64,000 nucleotides of DNA, taken from an uncultured Clostridia bacterium (GTDB taxonomy: Bacteria; Bacillota; Clostridia; Christensenellales; CAG-138). Positions 53,041 to 63,460 of this stretch are shown here, in pieces (positions within the stretch are counted from its first letter, which is position 1; every line of letters starts with the position of its first letter). Location of the stretch: the NCBI GenBank assembly GCA_947168565.1, contig CAMVMM010000009.1, forward strand, positions 22,292 to 86,291, written 5' to 3'. Position numbers and translations under genes: made by a program. The notes beneath the pieces were generated by a model. That model saw nothing but the letters and a program-made list of their open reading frames with translations, was not told the DNA's origin and made no database searches.

Positions 53041-53205
53041 CGGCTCCCTCCGGCTTTCATATTTTCTCAAAATAATCAGCTTATTGCACCGGTTTTATTC
53101 ATGCGGCTTCCGAATGGGGCCGCATTTCATATTGAAAAACGGTTCGCAATTTGGTATACTTATGCCGATCGGAATAGATCCCTATCGGAAAAAGGAGGTG
53201 CCGAG

Positions 53206-53982
53206 ATGCTTGTTAAGCGTATGCTCTGTGTTTTGATGACGCTGATCGCGGCGTTTGCCGTTCCGTTTTTTTCGCTGGCCTCCCAAGGCTCCGCCGCCGT
53301 TTATTCCGACGGGGATTCGGGCGAGGCGGTTTTGAGGATTCAAATCAGGCTTCGTGAGCTTGGCTATCTCAGCTACCGCCCCACGGGCGCATACCGCGCT
53401 ATGACCGTTGAGGCCGTGAAGAATTTTCAAACAAGGTGCGGCAATCTGGGCAGGCAGATAGCGATAGACGGCCGAATGGGGCCGGAAACCATGGCGCTTT
53501 TATTCGACCCGAACGCCCCCAGGGTGCGCATACCGGATTCCGTGCGTATGCCGCGCGGGCCGATAGCGGACAGGCTTGCCGTGAAGGGAGCGCTTTTAAG
53601 CTGGAGCGAGGTAAAACCCGCTCTCACCGCCGGCACCGCGTACACCGTTACGGACTGCAACACGGGCGAGCGCTTCAGGCTTGTGTTCACGGGCGGCAAA
53701 AATCATGCCGAAATGGAGCTTTTTTCAGAGGAGGATAAGCCTGCCTTCGATACCGTATGCGGCGGTGAATACAATTTCTTAAAGCGTCCCGTGGTTGTGA
53801 ATATCGCGGGGGCGGATATCGCGGCCTCCATGCAGTGCGCGCCGCACGGCTCGGGCGAGGCTTCAAACGGCGCACTCCCCGGCCACGTTTGCGTGTTCTT
53901 TTCCGGCAGCCTTTCGCACGTTGGAAGCGTTGCCGATATAGAGCATGAGGCCGTTGTGAAGCAGGCGGCCAAGCAGCCCTGA
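53206..53982 (+). CDS. Secreted peptidoglycan-binding (PG_binding_1) protein with an uncharacterised C-terminal domain
   Basis: Signal peptide, GEAVLRIQIRLRELGYL...AVKNFQ repeat. ATG 53206 lies behind AAAGGAGG. Confidence 0.55.
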   Translation: MLVKRMLCVLMTLIAAFAVPFFSLASQGSAAVYSDGDSGEAVLRIQIRLRELGYLSYRPTGAYRAMTVEAVKNFQTRCGNLGRQIAIDGRMGPETMALLFDPNAPRVRIPDSVRMPRGPIADRLAVKGALLSWSEVKPALTAGTAYTVTDCNTGERFRLVFTGGKNHAEMELFSEEDKPAFDTVCGGEYNFLKRPVVVNIAGADIAASMQCAPHGSGEASNGALPGHVCVFFSGSLSHVGSVADIEHEAVVKQAAKQP

Positions 53983-54075
53983 GCCGCGCATTCAACTGAG
54001 CTTTTATTGAAAAGCCTGCCGCCGTATCGGTGCGTATGACCCGCAATTTTCCATAGTTAGTTTAGGAGCGTTTGC

Positions 54076-54615
54076 ATGAAGCACATACCGAATATTCTTT
54101 CTTCGTTCAGATTGGCGCTTGTGGGCGTGTTTGTGTTTCTTTTTGCTAAGGGGCATTACGGCTGGAGCTTCGCGGTCTATCTCACCGCCTGCGCCACGGA
54201 CGTATTGGACGGTTACCTTGCAAGAAAGCATAATTGGATCACGAACACGGGCAAGGTGCTCGATCCGCTTGCGGATAAGCTCATGCTTTTTGCCGTGCTT
54301 TGCTGCTTTTATTCCATTGGCAAGATACCGCTCTACGTGGTGGTGATCACCTTTGTGAAGGATTTCGTGATGATCGTTGTGGGCTCCGTTCTCTACACGA
54401 AAAAGGTGGTGGTCTATGCCGACTGGTTCGGCAAGATCGCAACCGGCTGCTTCATGCTTGCAATAATCCTCACCTTTATCAATATCATATTCAAGGTGGA
54501 TTGCCGTCACCTGTATTTTTACTGGATAGCGATCGCCATGGGGCTTGTGTCCTTCTTCCATTACGGCATAAAAACGCTTATCAAAAAGCAGGGCAACGGA
54601 AGAATAGACGAATAG
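54076..54615 (+). CDS. pgsA: CDP-alcohol phosphatidyltransferase (phosphatidylglycerophosphate synthase type)
   Basis: DVLDGYLARKHNWITNTGKVLDPLADK matches D-G-x2-A-R-x8-G-x3-D-x3-D. 4-5 TM segments. Confidence 0.8.
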   Translation: MKHIPNILSSFRLALVGVFVFLFAKGHYGWSFAVYLTACATDVLDGYLARKHNWITNTGKVLDPLADKLMLFAVLCCFYSIGKIPLYVVVITFVKDFVMIVVGSVLYTKKVVVYADWFGKIATGCFMLAIILTFINIIFKVDCRHLYFYWIAIAMGLVSFFHYGIKTLIKKQGNGRIDE

Positions 54616-54681
54616 CACCGCGCACACTTTTCCGAAAATCGAATACTATTGGAGCAAGGAATATTTTGGAGGTCAATTTCG

Positions 54682-55692
54682 ATGAAAAAATATCTTGCTC
54701 TTTTTATTGCGCTTGTTTTGTGCGCCTCGGCGCTTGCCGGCTGCGCCGAAAACGGAGGCGGCCCGCGCAGGGTAGTGCTGAACGAGGTCACCCGTTCGGT
54801 TTTCTACGCTCCGCTTTACTGCGCGGCGGGTCTCGGCTACTTTGCCGATGAGGGCATAGAGCTTGAAATAGTTACCGGCGGCGGGAGCGACAAGAGCATG
54901 ACTGCGCTGATCGCGGGGGATGCGCAGTTTGCCCTGATGGGGCCTGAAACGGGCGTATACGTGGTTAATGAAGGAAACAAAAATCACCCGATAGTGATAG
55001 GGCAGCTCACCAAGCGTGACGGCTCGTACCTCGTGGGCAGAAGCGCGGATCCCGATTTTTCGTGGGAGAAGCTGCGCGGCAAATCCGTTATCGGCGGCAG
55101 ACCCGGCGGCATGCCGTTTATGACGCTCAACTACGTGCTGAAAAATCACGGACTCATTCCGGGAGAGGACGTGGAGGTCATAAGCAACGTGCAGTTCAAC
55201 CTGATGGGCGGCGCATTTGAGGGCGGCACGGGCGATTACGTTACCCTTTTTGAACCCACCGCAACGCTTTTTGAGCGAAACGGCAGCGGCTATATTGTTG
55301 CAAACGTGGGGCTTGAATCGGGCGAGGTGCCGTACACCGCGTTTATGACCATGCCGGAAACGATCAAAAAGGAGCCGGAGCTTGTGAAGAGCTTTCTTCG
55401 CGCCATAAGCCGCGCACAGGCCTTCGTTCAATCGGCAAGCGATACGGAGGTGGCGCGGGCGATGAAGGCATTTTTCCCCGATGCGGATGAAGCCACGCTT
55501 GAGATAGTTGCAAAAAGCTACCGCGATACCGATTCGTGGATGAAAACGCCGGTTATGACGGAGGATGCGTTCAAAAGGCTTCAGGACATCATGGAAACGA
55601 ACGGCGAGCTCAAGGCGAGGGTGGCCTTCGGGGAGCTGATAGATAATTCCTTTGCGGAAAAGGTCGTGAAGGAGCTTGCGGCGGGTAAATGA
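54682..55692 (+). CDS. ABC-transporter solute-binding lipoprotein, NMT1/SsuA/TauA-like (336 aa)
   Basis: Lipobox LAGC, with an NMT1-like fold pattern (VFYAPLYCAAGLGYFADEGIELE). No permease or ATPase genes are adjacent. Confidence 0.7.
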   Translation: MKKYLALFIALVLCASALAGCAENGGGPRRVVLNEVTRSVFYAPLYCAAGLGYFADEGIELEIVTGGGSDKSMTALIAGDAQFALMGPETGVYVVNEGNKNHPIVIGQLTKRDGSYLVGRSADPDFSWEKLRGKSVIGGRPGGMPFMTLNYVLKNHGLIPGEDVEVISNVQFNLMGGAFEGGTGDYVTLFEPTATLFERNGSGYIVANVGLESGEVPYTAFMTMPETIKKEPELVKSFLRAISRAQAFVQSASDTEVARAMKAFFPDADEATLEIVAKSYRDTDSWMKTPVMTEDAFKRLQDIMETNGELKARVAFGELIDNSFAEKVVKELAAGK

Positions 55693-55794
55693 GCCGAATG
55701 AAGCGGTTTGAGCCTGCGGCGGGTAAATGAGCCGAATGATGCGGTTTGAGCCTGCGGCGGGCAAATGAGCCGAATGAAGCGGTTTGAGCCTGCA
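55677..55794 (+). repeat. 38-bp tandem repeat, 3 copies, starting inside the last codons of the solute-binding protein gene
   Basis: The unit is GCGGGTAAATGAGCCGAATGAAGCGGTTTGAGCCTGCG at 55681, 55719 and 55757, with two single-base differences. Each unit carries TAAATGA. Confidence 0.9.
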
Positions 55795-55920
55795 TCTGCC
55801 GGCGGATAATGGGCAGATTTGAAAAAAGCGGGGCATTCTCCGCTTTTTCGCTTGCAAATCCATTCATCATGGTTCATAATAGTATCCGAACCATAAACGA
55901 GGAAGGAATACTGCGATAGT

Positions 55921-56415
55921 ATGATCAGCTTTCAATTCATGGATAAAGCGAAGGCGGATGAGTATCTGCCGACCCTTTTCAAGCTGCTTTATAAAAATAT
56001 GAACGAGATCTCGCCGAGCGGACTTTCCGAGAGCGAGCAGCTTCCGCTTTGGCTTGAAGCGGTTGCTCCCGCCGTGCAAAAGGACGCAAGGCAGATCGTG
56101 CTGATAATGGATGCGGACAGGCTGATAGGCTACTTTCAGTATTATATAAACGAAGCGGTGTTTATGATGGAGGAGATCCAGCTTGAGAGGGAGTATTGGG
56201 GCAGCGGCGTTTTCAATATGCTGTATAGATTTTTGCATGATTCAATAAAGAGCTTTCCGGAAAATGCCGAAGCCTACGCGCTGAAGGAAAACACAAGATC
56301 GCAGGCGATCCTTGAGCACCTCGGGCTTTCACGCATCGGCGAGAATAAAAACGGAAGCTGCTTTCATTACCGGGGGAGCTGTGAAAGGCTTTGGAGCATT
56401 GTGCTGAAGGGGTAG
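55921..56415 (+). CDS. GNAT-family N-acetyltransferase
   Basis: 164 aa. Motif A-like region EIQLEREYWGSGVFNMLYRFL, followed by a typical GNAT C-terminal beta strand. Confidence 0.55.
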   Translation: MISFQFMDKAKADEYLPTLFKLLYKNMNEISPSGLSESEQLPLWLEAVAPAVQKDARQIVLIMDADRLIGYFQYYINEAVFMMEEIQLEREYWGSGVFNMLYRFLHDSIKSFPENAEAYALKENTRSQAILEHLGLSRIGENKNGSCFHYRGSCERLWSIVLKG

Positions 56416-56418
56416 AAG

Positions 56419-57138
56419 ATGCGCGTACTTGATATCGATCTTGATTTTTTCCTCGCGGATTGCTGCGAGCTTGCGAAAATGGGGGAGCGCCCTCCGCTTT
56501 CGGGTCACGAGCCGTGGAGCGCAACCGAGGTGCGCCGCTTTTTGGAGCAAAACTGCGGACTTAACAGGAATGAACCCATTCCGGGCAGAACTTTTGAAAC
56601 GCACGACGGCGCGCTGCTTTTCTGGAATGAGCTTATAGAAACAGGAAGGCTGAAAGTGCCGTTTGAGGTGACGCATATCGACGCGCACAGCGATCTTGGC
56701 ATAGGCAGGCCGGGGCCGGGCTTTGTGCTGAACTCGGTGATAACGCTTGAGAAGCAAAGCCGCGCCGATATAGACCGCTATTATAAAATGAAACAGCTCG
56801 ATGAGGCGAACTACCTGCTTTTCGCGCTCGCTTTCCGCTGGATAAACGGGCTTGAGAATGTGCGCAACCCGAAATCAAGGCCGGATATTCCCGATTTCGC
56901 GTATAAAAACGATTCGGGCAAATACACGCATATTAAGCTTTCGTCCTTCGCTTCAAAGCTTTTTGAAGCGAAAAACGGCGCGGAGCCGAGCGTTCCTTTC
57001 ACCGTTTTTGATGATCATTCGCTTTTCACAGCCAAGGGGAAATACGATTTTATCTCCGCCGCAAGATCGCCGCGCTACGCTCCACGGGAGGCGGACGCGC
57101 TGATGAACGTGATAGGGGAATACATTAAGCCGATTTGA
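56419..57138 (+). CDS. UPF0489-family protein (arginase/deacetylase-like fold suspected)
   Basis: The MRVLDIDLDFF head and the HIDAHSDLG motif recall UPF0489. It starts 1 nt after the GNAT stop. Confidence 0.4.
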   Translation: MRVLDIDLDFFLADCCELAKMGERPPLSGHEPWSATEVRRFLEQNCGLNRNEPIPGRTFETHDGALLFWNELIETGRLKVPFEVTHIDAHSDLGIGRPGPGFVLNSVITLEKQSRADIDRYYKMKQLDEANYLLFALAFRWINGLENVRNPKSRPDIPDFAYKNDSGKYTHIKLSSFASKLFEAKNGAEPSVPFTVFDDHSLFTAKGKYDFISAARSPRYAPREADALMNVIGEYIKPI

Positions 57139-57244
57139 GGCGAACGAACGCACGAAAAGCCTGTCCGCAGCGCTTCTGCCTGCAGCTTGCATTTTCATAT
57201 TCATCCGCTTTGCGATTGCAGAAGCTCATTTTACGTACAGAAGC

Positions 57245-57940
57245 TTATCCAACGCCCCGAAGCCTTGCCTCGGGGATTCTTTTCTGCACTATTCGCAGGT
57301 ATTCGCGCATGGTTTCATCATCGGCGGGGGAATGCCCGTCCTTGATGAGCGCGCCGGAATCCACAAATTTTTGCAGAAAATAATGCGGTTCGCCCGCAAG
57401 CCATTCGCCTATAAGCTCAAAATCGCGCGGGGTGTGCATATCGCCCACCACGGTGGTGCGGAATTCATGCTCAATGCCCGAGGTGCGGATAAGCTCAACG
57501 CTTTGCAGTATGGGCGAAGCGTCAAAATCCTTTATGCCTATAAGCCTTCCGTAGTTTTCAGGCGCGGCCTTTATGTCCATGGCTATATAGTCGATAAGCC
57601 TGTTTTCAAGGATGGGGCGAAGCTTATCAAATAGAAAGCCGTTTGTGTCAAGCTTCACAAGCAGGCCGAGCGAGCGGCATTTATCAATAAATTCGGTTAG
57701 ATCGCCCTGCAAAAGCGGCTCGCCTCCGGAGATGCAAATTCCGTCCAGCATTCCGCGCCGCCTTTCAAGCACGGAAAGCACCTCCGATTCTTCTATTGAA
57801 GGATTCAGCCTCGGCGAGATCACAAGGTCGGAATTCTGGCAGAAAGGGCAGCGGAAATTGCAGCCGCCCGTAAACACGGTGCAGGCCACCTTGCCCGGGT
57901 AGTCAAGCAGCGTTAGCTTTTGAAAGCCTTTTATATCCAT
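57245..57940 (-). CDS. nrdG: Anaerobic ribonucleotide reductase activating protein (radical SAM)
   Basis: FQKLTLLDYPGKVACTVFTGGCNFRCPFCQN is a typical NrdG block. nrdD is not adjacent. Confidence 0.8.
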   Translation of the reverse strand: MDIKGFQKLTLLDYPGKVACTVFTGGCNFRCPFCQNSDLVISPRLNPSIEESEVLSVLERRRGMLDGICISGGEPLLQGDLTEFIDKCRSLGLLVKLDTNGFLFDKLRPILENRLIDYIAMDIKAAPENYGRLIGIKDFDASPILQSVELIRTSGIEHEFRTTVVGDMHTPRDFELIGEWLAGEPHYFLQKFVDSGALIKDGHSPADDETMREYLRIVQKRIPEARLRGVG

Positions 57941-58053
57941 AAGCCGTTCTCCAAAGCATTATAAGCATGGTTTTATCAAATAAGATTATAGCCCAAAAGC
58001 TTGGGTGTTTACCGCCTTGTTTAAAATATATTATTTTTGCGGCTCGATAGCTA

Positions 58054-58082
58054 TTGACAGTATGCTCCAAAAGAGTTATCAT
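58054..58082 (+). promoter_or_regulatory. Sigma-A promoter of the hrcA operon
   Basis: TTGACA, a 17-nt spacer, then TATCAT, immediately upstream of CIRCE. Confidence 0.6.
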
Positions 58083-58085
58083 GTA

Positions 58086-58112
58086 TTAGCACTCAAGAGA
58101 AGTGAGTGCTAA
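58086..58112 (+). promoter_or_regulatory. CIRCE operator (HrcA binding site)
   Basis: Perfect TTAGCACTC-N9-GAGTGCTAA inverted repeat. Confidence 0.95.
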
Positions 58113-58197
58113 CAGCAAGGCGGCGTTCACCGACTAAAAACCCCGAATCGGTCCGCGCCCTGCAGCAAACAATAATGCCGTGAAAGGAGGATAAAAA

Positions 58198-59256
58198 ATG
58201 ACACAGCTTTTAGACGTTCGCAAGATGAACATTCTTCGCGCAATAGTTGACGACTATATCCTCACAGCGGCGCCCGTTGGCTCAAGGACCCTATCCAAGC
58301 GCGAGGATATAGAGCTTTCCCCGGCAACGATACGAAACGAGATGAGCGATCTTACCGAGCTCGGTTTTCTTGAGCAGCCGCATACGAGCGCGGGAAGGAT
58401 ACCGAGCGAAAAAGCATACCGGCTTTACGTCACCAATATTATGGACAGAGCGAAGCTTACGGACGACGAGGCCGAGTACATAAGGCAGCATCTTCAAAAA
58501 AGGGTCAGCGAGGTTGGGGACGTTATAAAGGAAACGGCGCGTATGCTCTCCGGCATCACCAAGTATACCTCCATCGTTCAGAAGCCCCATCTGAAAAATG
58601 CGCGGCTCAAGCATATAAGCCTTATCCCCGTGACGCAGGGAAGCGCGCTTGCGGTGCTTGTGACCAATTCCGGAGCCACGAACAGCACCATGCTGAGCGT
58701 GCCAACGGGGATCACCGCGGGCCATCTTGAAAAGCTAAGCTCCCTCATGAATGCGCGGCTTGCAGGCTACAGACTGGTGGACGTTCAAAAAACGCTGCTG
58801 CCGCTTTTGCGCGAGGAGGTTGGCGAGCAGGCGGATTCGATAGCCGGAATGCTGGAAAGCCTTTCGGAGGATATCGACAGGCAGGATTACGAGGTCGTCG
58901 GCGCCGCAAATATGCTTGACTACCCGGAGTATTCCGATGTTTCAAAGGCCCGCTCCTTCCTTTCGGAGTTGGAGCGCGGCGAGATCTTCAAGGAGGTGCT
59001 TTCGGACGGCAGCGGCGTGGAGATGACCGTGCGCATCGGCAAGGAAAACGACAACCCCGAGCTTCAGGACTGCTCCGTTATCACGATAAGCTACCGCGTG
59101 GGCGGCGAGCAGGTCGGCTCGATGGCGGTCATCGGCCCCACGAGGATGGACTACGAAAAGGTTGTAGCCGTGCTGAAATGTATGAGCGAAAGCCTCTCAA
59201 GCGTTTTGAGCGGAATGCTGCTCAACCCCTCCGAAAGCGGATCGGATGAGAGCTGA
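58198..59256 (+). CDS. hrcA: Heat-inducible transcription repressor HrcA
   Basis: ILRAIVDDYILTAAPVGSRTL head, HrcA length, and position downstream of CIRCE. Confidence 0.95.
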   Translation: MTQLLDVRKMNILRAIVDDYILTAAPVGSRTLSKREDIELSPATIRNEMSDLTELGFLEQPHTSAGRIPSEKAYRLYVTNIMDRAKLTDDEAEYIRQHLQKRVSEVGDVIKETARMLSGITKYTSIVQKPHLKNARLKHISLIPVTQGSALAVLVTNSGATNSTMLSVPTGITAGHLEKLSSLMNARLAGYRLVDVQKTLLPLLREEVGEQADSIAGMLESLSEDIDRQDYEVVGAANMLDYPEYSDVSKARSFLSELERGEIFKEVLSDGSGVEMTVRIGKENDNPELQDCSVITISYRVGGEQVGSMAVIGPTRMDYEKVVAVLKCMSESLSSVLSGMLLNPSESGSDES

Positions 59257-59339
59257 CGCGGCTATCGGGCAAGGATGCTCACAGTTAAGAAAAATACCAA
59301 ATAATACCGAAGAAACGATATTCGGAGGAGGTACGTTTT

Positions 59340-59975
59340 ATGGCAAAGGACAGGGAAAAGAAAAACGCAAAGGCGCCCAAGGCGGCGGAAACAGCAGCCG
59401 AGGAAACGGTTGAAGCCGTGGAGGAGGCCGCAAGCGAAACCGAGGCACAGCCCTCGGAGCAGGCCGGCGCGCAGGCGGACGGAAGCGTGACCTTTACCCG
59501 CGAGGAATTCGAGCAGGCGAAGGCGGAGATAGAAAGGCTGCGCGAGCAGGCGGAGGCGTCCAAAAAGGCGGCGGATGAAGCCGTGCTGGATGCGCAGAGG
59601 CTTCAGGCGGAGTTTGCGAATTTCAGAAAGCGCAACGCGAGCATCCGTGCGGACAGCATGGATGACGGCATTCGGGACACGATAAAGGCGCTGCTTCCGG
59701 TGCTGGATAATTTTGAACGAGCTTTCATGAATTCCGATGATTCCCCCTTCGCAAAGGGCATGGAGCAGATCCAAAAGCAGCTCATAGCCGCCCTTGAAAA
59801 ATGCGGAATGGAGGAGCTTGAAGCTGAGGGGCAGTTCGATCCCACGCTGCACGAGGTCGTGATGCAGGATACCGAGTCCGACGCGGAAGCCGGCACCATC
59901 ACCGCTGTGCTTCAAAAGGGCTACCGCGTCAAGGGCAGGGTGATCCGTCACACCATGGTCAAGGTGAAGGCGTGA
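59340..59975 (+). CDS. grpE: Nucleotide exchange factor GrpE
   Basis: LRLQAEFANFRKR and FDPTLHEVV motifs with an acidic N-terminal tail. Confidence 0.95.
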   Translation: MAKDREKKNAKAPKAAETAAEETVEAVEEAASETEAQPSEQAGAQADGSVTFTREEFEQAKAEIERLREQAEASKKAADEAVLDAQRLQAEFANFRKRNASIRADSMDDGIRDTIKALLPVLDNFERAFMNSDDSPFAKGMEQIQKQLIAALEKCGMEELEAEGQFDPTLHEVVMQDTESDAEAGTITAVLQKGYRVKGRVIRHTMVKVKA

Positions 59976-60142
59976 TCCGGGCCGATCGAGCGATCGAATA
60001 ACGGCATACCTGAAGCCACGCGGAAAACCACTCGGAAAACCGCACCGAGAATCACACGGAAAACTATCCCGAAAGGGTAAATATAGCCGGATCCGGCAAA
60101 ACTATATCAAGCAAAATCATCTCATTTAGGAGGAAAACCATT

Positions 60143-62005
60143 ATGTCTAAAATCATTGGTATCGATCTTGGAACCACCAATTCCTGCGTTGCAGTGCTTG
60201 AGGGCGGCGAACCCGTCGTCATCACCAATCCCGAAGGCTCCCGCACCACCCCCTCCGTCGTCGCTATCAAGGACGGCGAGCGCAGGGTGGGCCAGGTTGC
60301 CAAAAACCAGGCGGTTGCGAACCCCGACAACACCATCAGCTCCATCAAGCGCGAGATGGGCACCGACTACCGCCGCACCATCGACGGCAAGAGCTACACC
60401 CCGCAGGAGATCTCCGCAATGATCCTTGCAAAGCTCAAGCAGGATGCTGAAGCTTATCTTGGCGAACCGGTTACCGACGCGGTCATCACCGTGCCCGCAT
60501 ATTTTTCCGACAGCCAGCGCCAGGCAACCAAGGACGCGGGCAAGATCGCGGGTCTGAACGTGCTTCGTATAATCAACGAACCCACCGCTGCCGCGCTTGC
60601 ATACGGTATGGATAAGGAAAAGAATCAGAAGGTTCTGATCTACGATCTTGGCGGCGGCACCTTCGACGTTTCGATCCTTGAGATCGGCGACGGCGTGTTT
60701 GAAGTGCTTGCGACTGCGGGCAACAACCGCCTTGGCGGCGACGACTTCGACGACAGGCTCATCAACTATATTGCGGACGAATTCAAAAAGTCCCACGGCA
60801 TCGACCTGAGGAACGACCGCCTTGCAAAGCAGCGCCTCAAGGAGGCTGCCGAAAAAGCAAAGATCGAGCTCTCCGGCGTTATGACCGCGAACGTGAACCT
60901 GCCCTTCATCTCTATGGATGCGAACGGCCCCGTTCATCTCGATATGACCATCACCCGCGCGAAGTTCAACGAGCTGATCGGCGATCTGCTCGATAAGACC
61001 AAGGTCTGCGTGCAGCAGGCTATGCGCGATGCGAACCTCACCAACGATAAGCTCGACAAGGTCATCCTCGTCGGCGGCTCCACCCGCGTTCCCGCCGTGC
61101 AGGAGCTTGTTAAAAACATCACCGGCAAGGAGCCCTTCAAGGGCATCAACCCCGATGAGTGCGTGGCGCTTGGCGCAGCGATCCAGGGCGGCGTTCTCGG
61201 CGGCGAGGTGAAGGACCTGCTGCTGCTGGACGTTACCCCCCTCAGCCTCGGCATCGAGACCCTGGGCGGCGTGTTCACCAAGCTCATCGAGCGCAACACC
61301 ACCATCCCCGCCAAGAAGAGCCAGATCTTCTCCACCGCTGCGGACGGACAGACCAGCGTTGAGATCCACGTGCTCCAGGGCGAGCGCGAGATGGCGCAGT
61401 ACAATAAATCCCTCGGCAAGTTCCAGCTCACCGGCATAGCTCCCGCACCGCGCGGGATCCCCCAGATCGAGGTCAGCTTCGATATCGACGCGAACGGCAT
61501 CGTTCACGTATCCGCGAAGGATCTCGGCACCGGCCACGAGCAGAACATCACCATCACCGCTTCGAGCAACCTTTCCGATGCGGATATCGACCGCGCGGTT
61601 CGTGAAGCCGAGCAGTATGCAAACGAGGACAGGCAGCGCAAGGAGGAGGTCGAGACCCGCAACCATGCCGATCAGCTCGTTTACACCACCGAAAAGTCAA
61701 TGAAGGAGCTTGGCGACAAGATCTCCGAGGACGATAAGGCGAAGATCAACGCTGAGATCGAGAACGTTAAGAACATGCTCTCCGGCACCGATACCGCCGC
61801 GATCAAGAGCGCAAGCGAGAAGCTGACCGAGGTATCCTACGAGGTGTTCGGCAGGGCGTATCAGAACGCGAATCCGAATGGCGGCGAGGGCGGCTTCGAC
61901 CCGAACGGCGGTGCGGGCTTTGACCCGAACGGCGGCGCAGGCGGCAATAACGGCGGCGGCGACGACGGCGTTGTGGATGCCGATTACGAGGTAGTGGATA
62001 AGTAA
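60143..62005 (+). CDS. dnaK: Chaperone DnaK (Hsp70)
   Basis: [18 protein letters not shown] and VILVGGSTR motifs, with a Gly-rich C-terminus. Confidence 0.98.
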   Translation: MSKIIGIDLGTTNSCVAVLEGGEPVVITNPEGSRTTPSVVAIKDGERRVGQVAKNQAVANPDNTISSIKREMGTDYRRTIDGKSYTPQEISAMILAKLKQDAEAYLGEPVTDAVITVPAYFSDSQRQATKDAGKIAGLNVLRIINEPTAAALAYGMDKEKNQKVLIYDLGGGTFDVSILEIGDGVFEVLATAGNNRLGGDDFDDRLINYIADEFKKSHGIDLRNDRLAKQRLKEAAEKAKIELSGVMTANVNLPFISMDANGPVHLDMTITRAKFNELIGDLLDKTKVCVQQAMRDANLTNDKLDKVILVGGSTRVPAVQELVKNITGKEPFKGINPDECVALGAAIQGGVLGGEVKDLLLLDVTPLSLGIETLGGVFTKLIERNTTIPAKKSQIFSTAADGQTSVEIHVLQGEREMAQYNKSLGKFQLTGIAPAPRGIPQIEVSFDIDANGIVHVSAKDLGTGHEQNITITASSNLSDADIDRAVREAEQYANEDRQRKEEVETRNHADQLVYTTEKSMKELGDKISEDDKAKINAEIENVKNMLSGTDTAAIKSASEKLTEVSYEVFGRAYQNANPNGGEGGFDPNGGAGFDPNGGAGGNNGGGDDGVVDADYEVVDK

Positions 62006-62032
62006 GCCTTACAAGGCTTCATGCAAAGCGTA

Positions 62033-62060
62033 CGCGGGGCGCGGCAGTTCGCGCCCCGCG
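62033..62060 (+). other. GC-rich stem-loop between dnaK and dnaJ (possible partial terminator or processing site)
   Basis: CGCGGGGCGCG gcagtt CGCGCCCCGCG, an 11-bp stem with only TT downstream. Confidence 0.45.
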
Positions 62061-62174
62061 TTGAAAAAAAGCTTCGCGTCCTGCATGGCGGCGCGAAAGC
62101 GCAAATCTGATATGCCCTGCCGAGTTTGCCGCGCGAGAACGGCAGAAAATCCATAATGGGAGGGTGAAGCGATA

Positions 62175-63353
62175 ATGGCTGATAAGAGAGATTACTATGA
62201 GGTGCTCGGCGTTAATAAAACAGCGAGCGACGATGAAATAAAAAGCGCGTACAGAAAGCTCGCAAAGAAGTACCATCCGGATCTCAATCCGGGCGACAAG
62301 GCTGCCGAGGCAAGCTTTAAGGAGATAAACGAGGCTTACGAGGTGCTTTCCGATAAGGACAAGCGCGCGAAATACGATCAGTTCGGGCATGCCGCGTTCG
62401 ATCCGTCCGCAGCGGGCGGCTATGGCGCGGGCGGCTTCGGAGGCTTCTCCGGCTTTTCGGGCGGAGGCGGCTTTGCGGGAGCCTTCGACGGCTTCGGCGA
62501 TATTCTGAACTCCATGTTCGGCGGCGGCTTTGGCGGCGGCACGCGCTCCGCAAATCCGAACGCACCGATGAGGGGTGACGACCTTCGCTACAACCTGACC
62601 ATCGCCTTTGATGAAGCGGCCTTCGGCGTTAAAAAGGAGATCCAGTTCCGCAGGGAGGAGAATTGTTCCGCCTGCTCCGGCACCGGCGCAAAGCCCGGCA
62701 GCAAAACCTCCACCTGCACCAAGTGCAAGGGCACGGGTCAGATCAGGGTGCAGCAGAACACGATGTTCGGCTCCATGATGAGCACGCGCCCCTGCGACGC
62801 CTGCGGCGGCTCGGGCAAGATAATCGAGCAGCCCTGCGAGAGCTGCAAGGGCAGCGGCAGAACCAGCAAGGTAGTCAAGCTGAACGTTACCATACCCGCC
62901 GGTATCGACGACGGGCAGACCATTGTGGTCGGCGGTCAGGGCGGCTCCGGCTACAACGGCGGGCCGAGCGGCGATCTGCTTGTGACCATCCGCGTGAAGG
63001 ACCATAAGCAGTTCATCCGCGAGGGCTTCAATCTTTACACAAACCTTTCCATTCCCGTTACCACCGCCGTGCTCGGCGGGGAGGTGAAGGTGCCGACGCT
63101 TTCCGGCGACGTGAAATACACCATACCGGCAGGCACGCAGAGCGGCACCACCTTCAGATTGAAGGAGCTTGGCATTCAGAGGCTCAAGCAGCAGGGAAAG
63201 GGGGATCTGTACGTGAACGTAACCGTGGATATACCGAAGCACCTCACCGAGCAGCAGCGCGAGCTGTTTGAAAAGCTTGCGGAAACCTTCGGCACGGAGC
63301 ACCCGGAGGGCTTGGGCTCCATATTTAAAAGAAAGAAAACAAAGAAAAAATAA
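62175..63353 (+). CDS. dnaJ: Co-chaperone DnaJ
   Basis: J domain with HPD (KKYHPDLNP), a G/F region, and four CxxCxGxG zinc motifs. Confidence 0.97.
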   Translation: MADKRDYYEVLGVNKTASDDEIKSAYRKLAKKYHPDLNPGDKAAEASFKEINEAYEVLSDKDKRAKYDQFGHAAFDPSAAGGYGAGGFGGFSGFSGGGGFAGAFDGFGDILNSMFGGGFGGGTRSANPNAPMRGDDLRYNLTIAFDEAAFGVKKEIQFRREENCSACSGTGAKPGSKTSTCTKCKGTGQIRVQQNTMFGSMMSTRPCDACGGSGKIIEQPCESCKGSGRTSKVVKLNVTIPAGIDDGQTIVVGGQGGSGYNGGPSGDLLVTIRVKDHKQFIREGFNLYTNLSIPVTTAVLGGEVKVPTLSGDVKYTIPAGTQSGTTFRLKELGIQRLKQQGKGDLYVNVTVDIPKHLTEQQRELFEKLAETFGTEHPEGLGSIFKRKKTKKK

Positions 63354-63371
63354 GCGCACAGCCAATCGTTG

Positions 63372-63408
63372 AGCGGACGGAAAAGCAGGCATTCTTCGTC
63401 CGCTTTTC
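63372..63408 (+). terminator. Rho-independent terminator after dnaJ
   Basis: AGCGGACG ... CGTCCGCT stem followed by TTTT. Confidence 0.7.
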
Positions 63409-63460
63409 CCGATAGGGGATAACCGTGGCCTCCGCCTGGGACGGGGTGAAAGGAGAAATC

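Noticed and set aside
55677-55794. 38-bp repeats as a possible CRISPR array
   Set aside because: The copies are directly contiguous with no spacers, there are only three of them, no cas genes are in the window, and the first copy is coding sequence.
54673-55863. 396-aa ORF antisense to the solute-binding protein gene and to the 38-bp repeats
   Set aside because: It has no motifs and an Arg-rich composition. The sense gene has a lipobox, an SD and a family pattern.
60122-63392. 514-aa and 457-aa ORFs antisense to dnaK and dnaJ
   Set aside because: This is the classic long antisense frame opposite Hsp70-type genes. The sequences are low-complexity Ala/Gly/Leu/Val-rich with no start context. 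I treat them as a codon-usage artefact, not genes.
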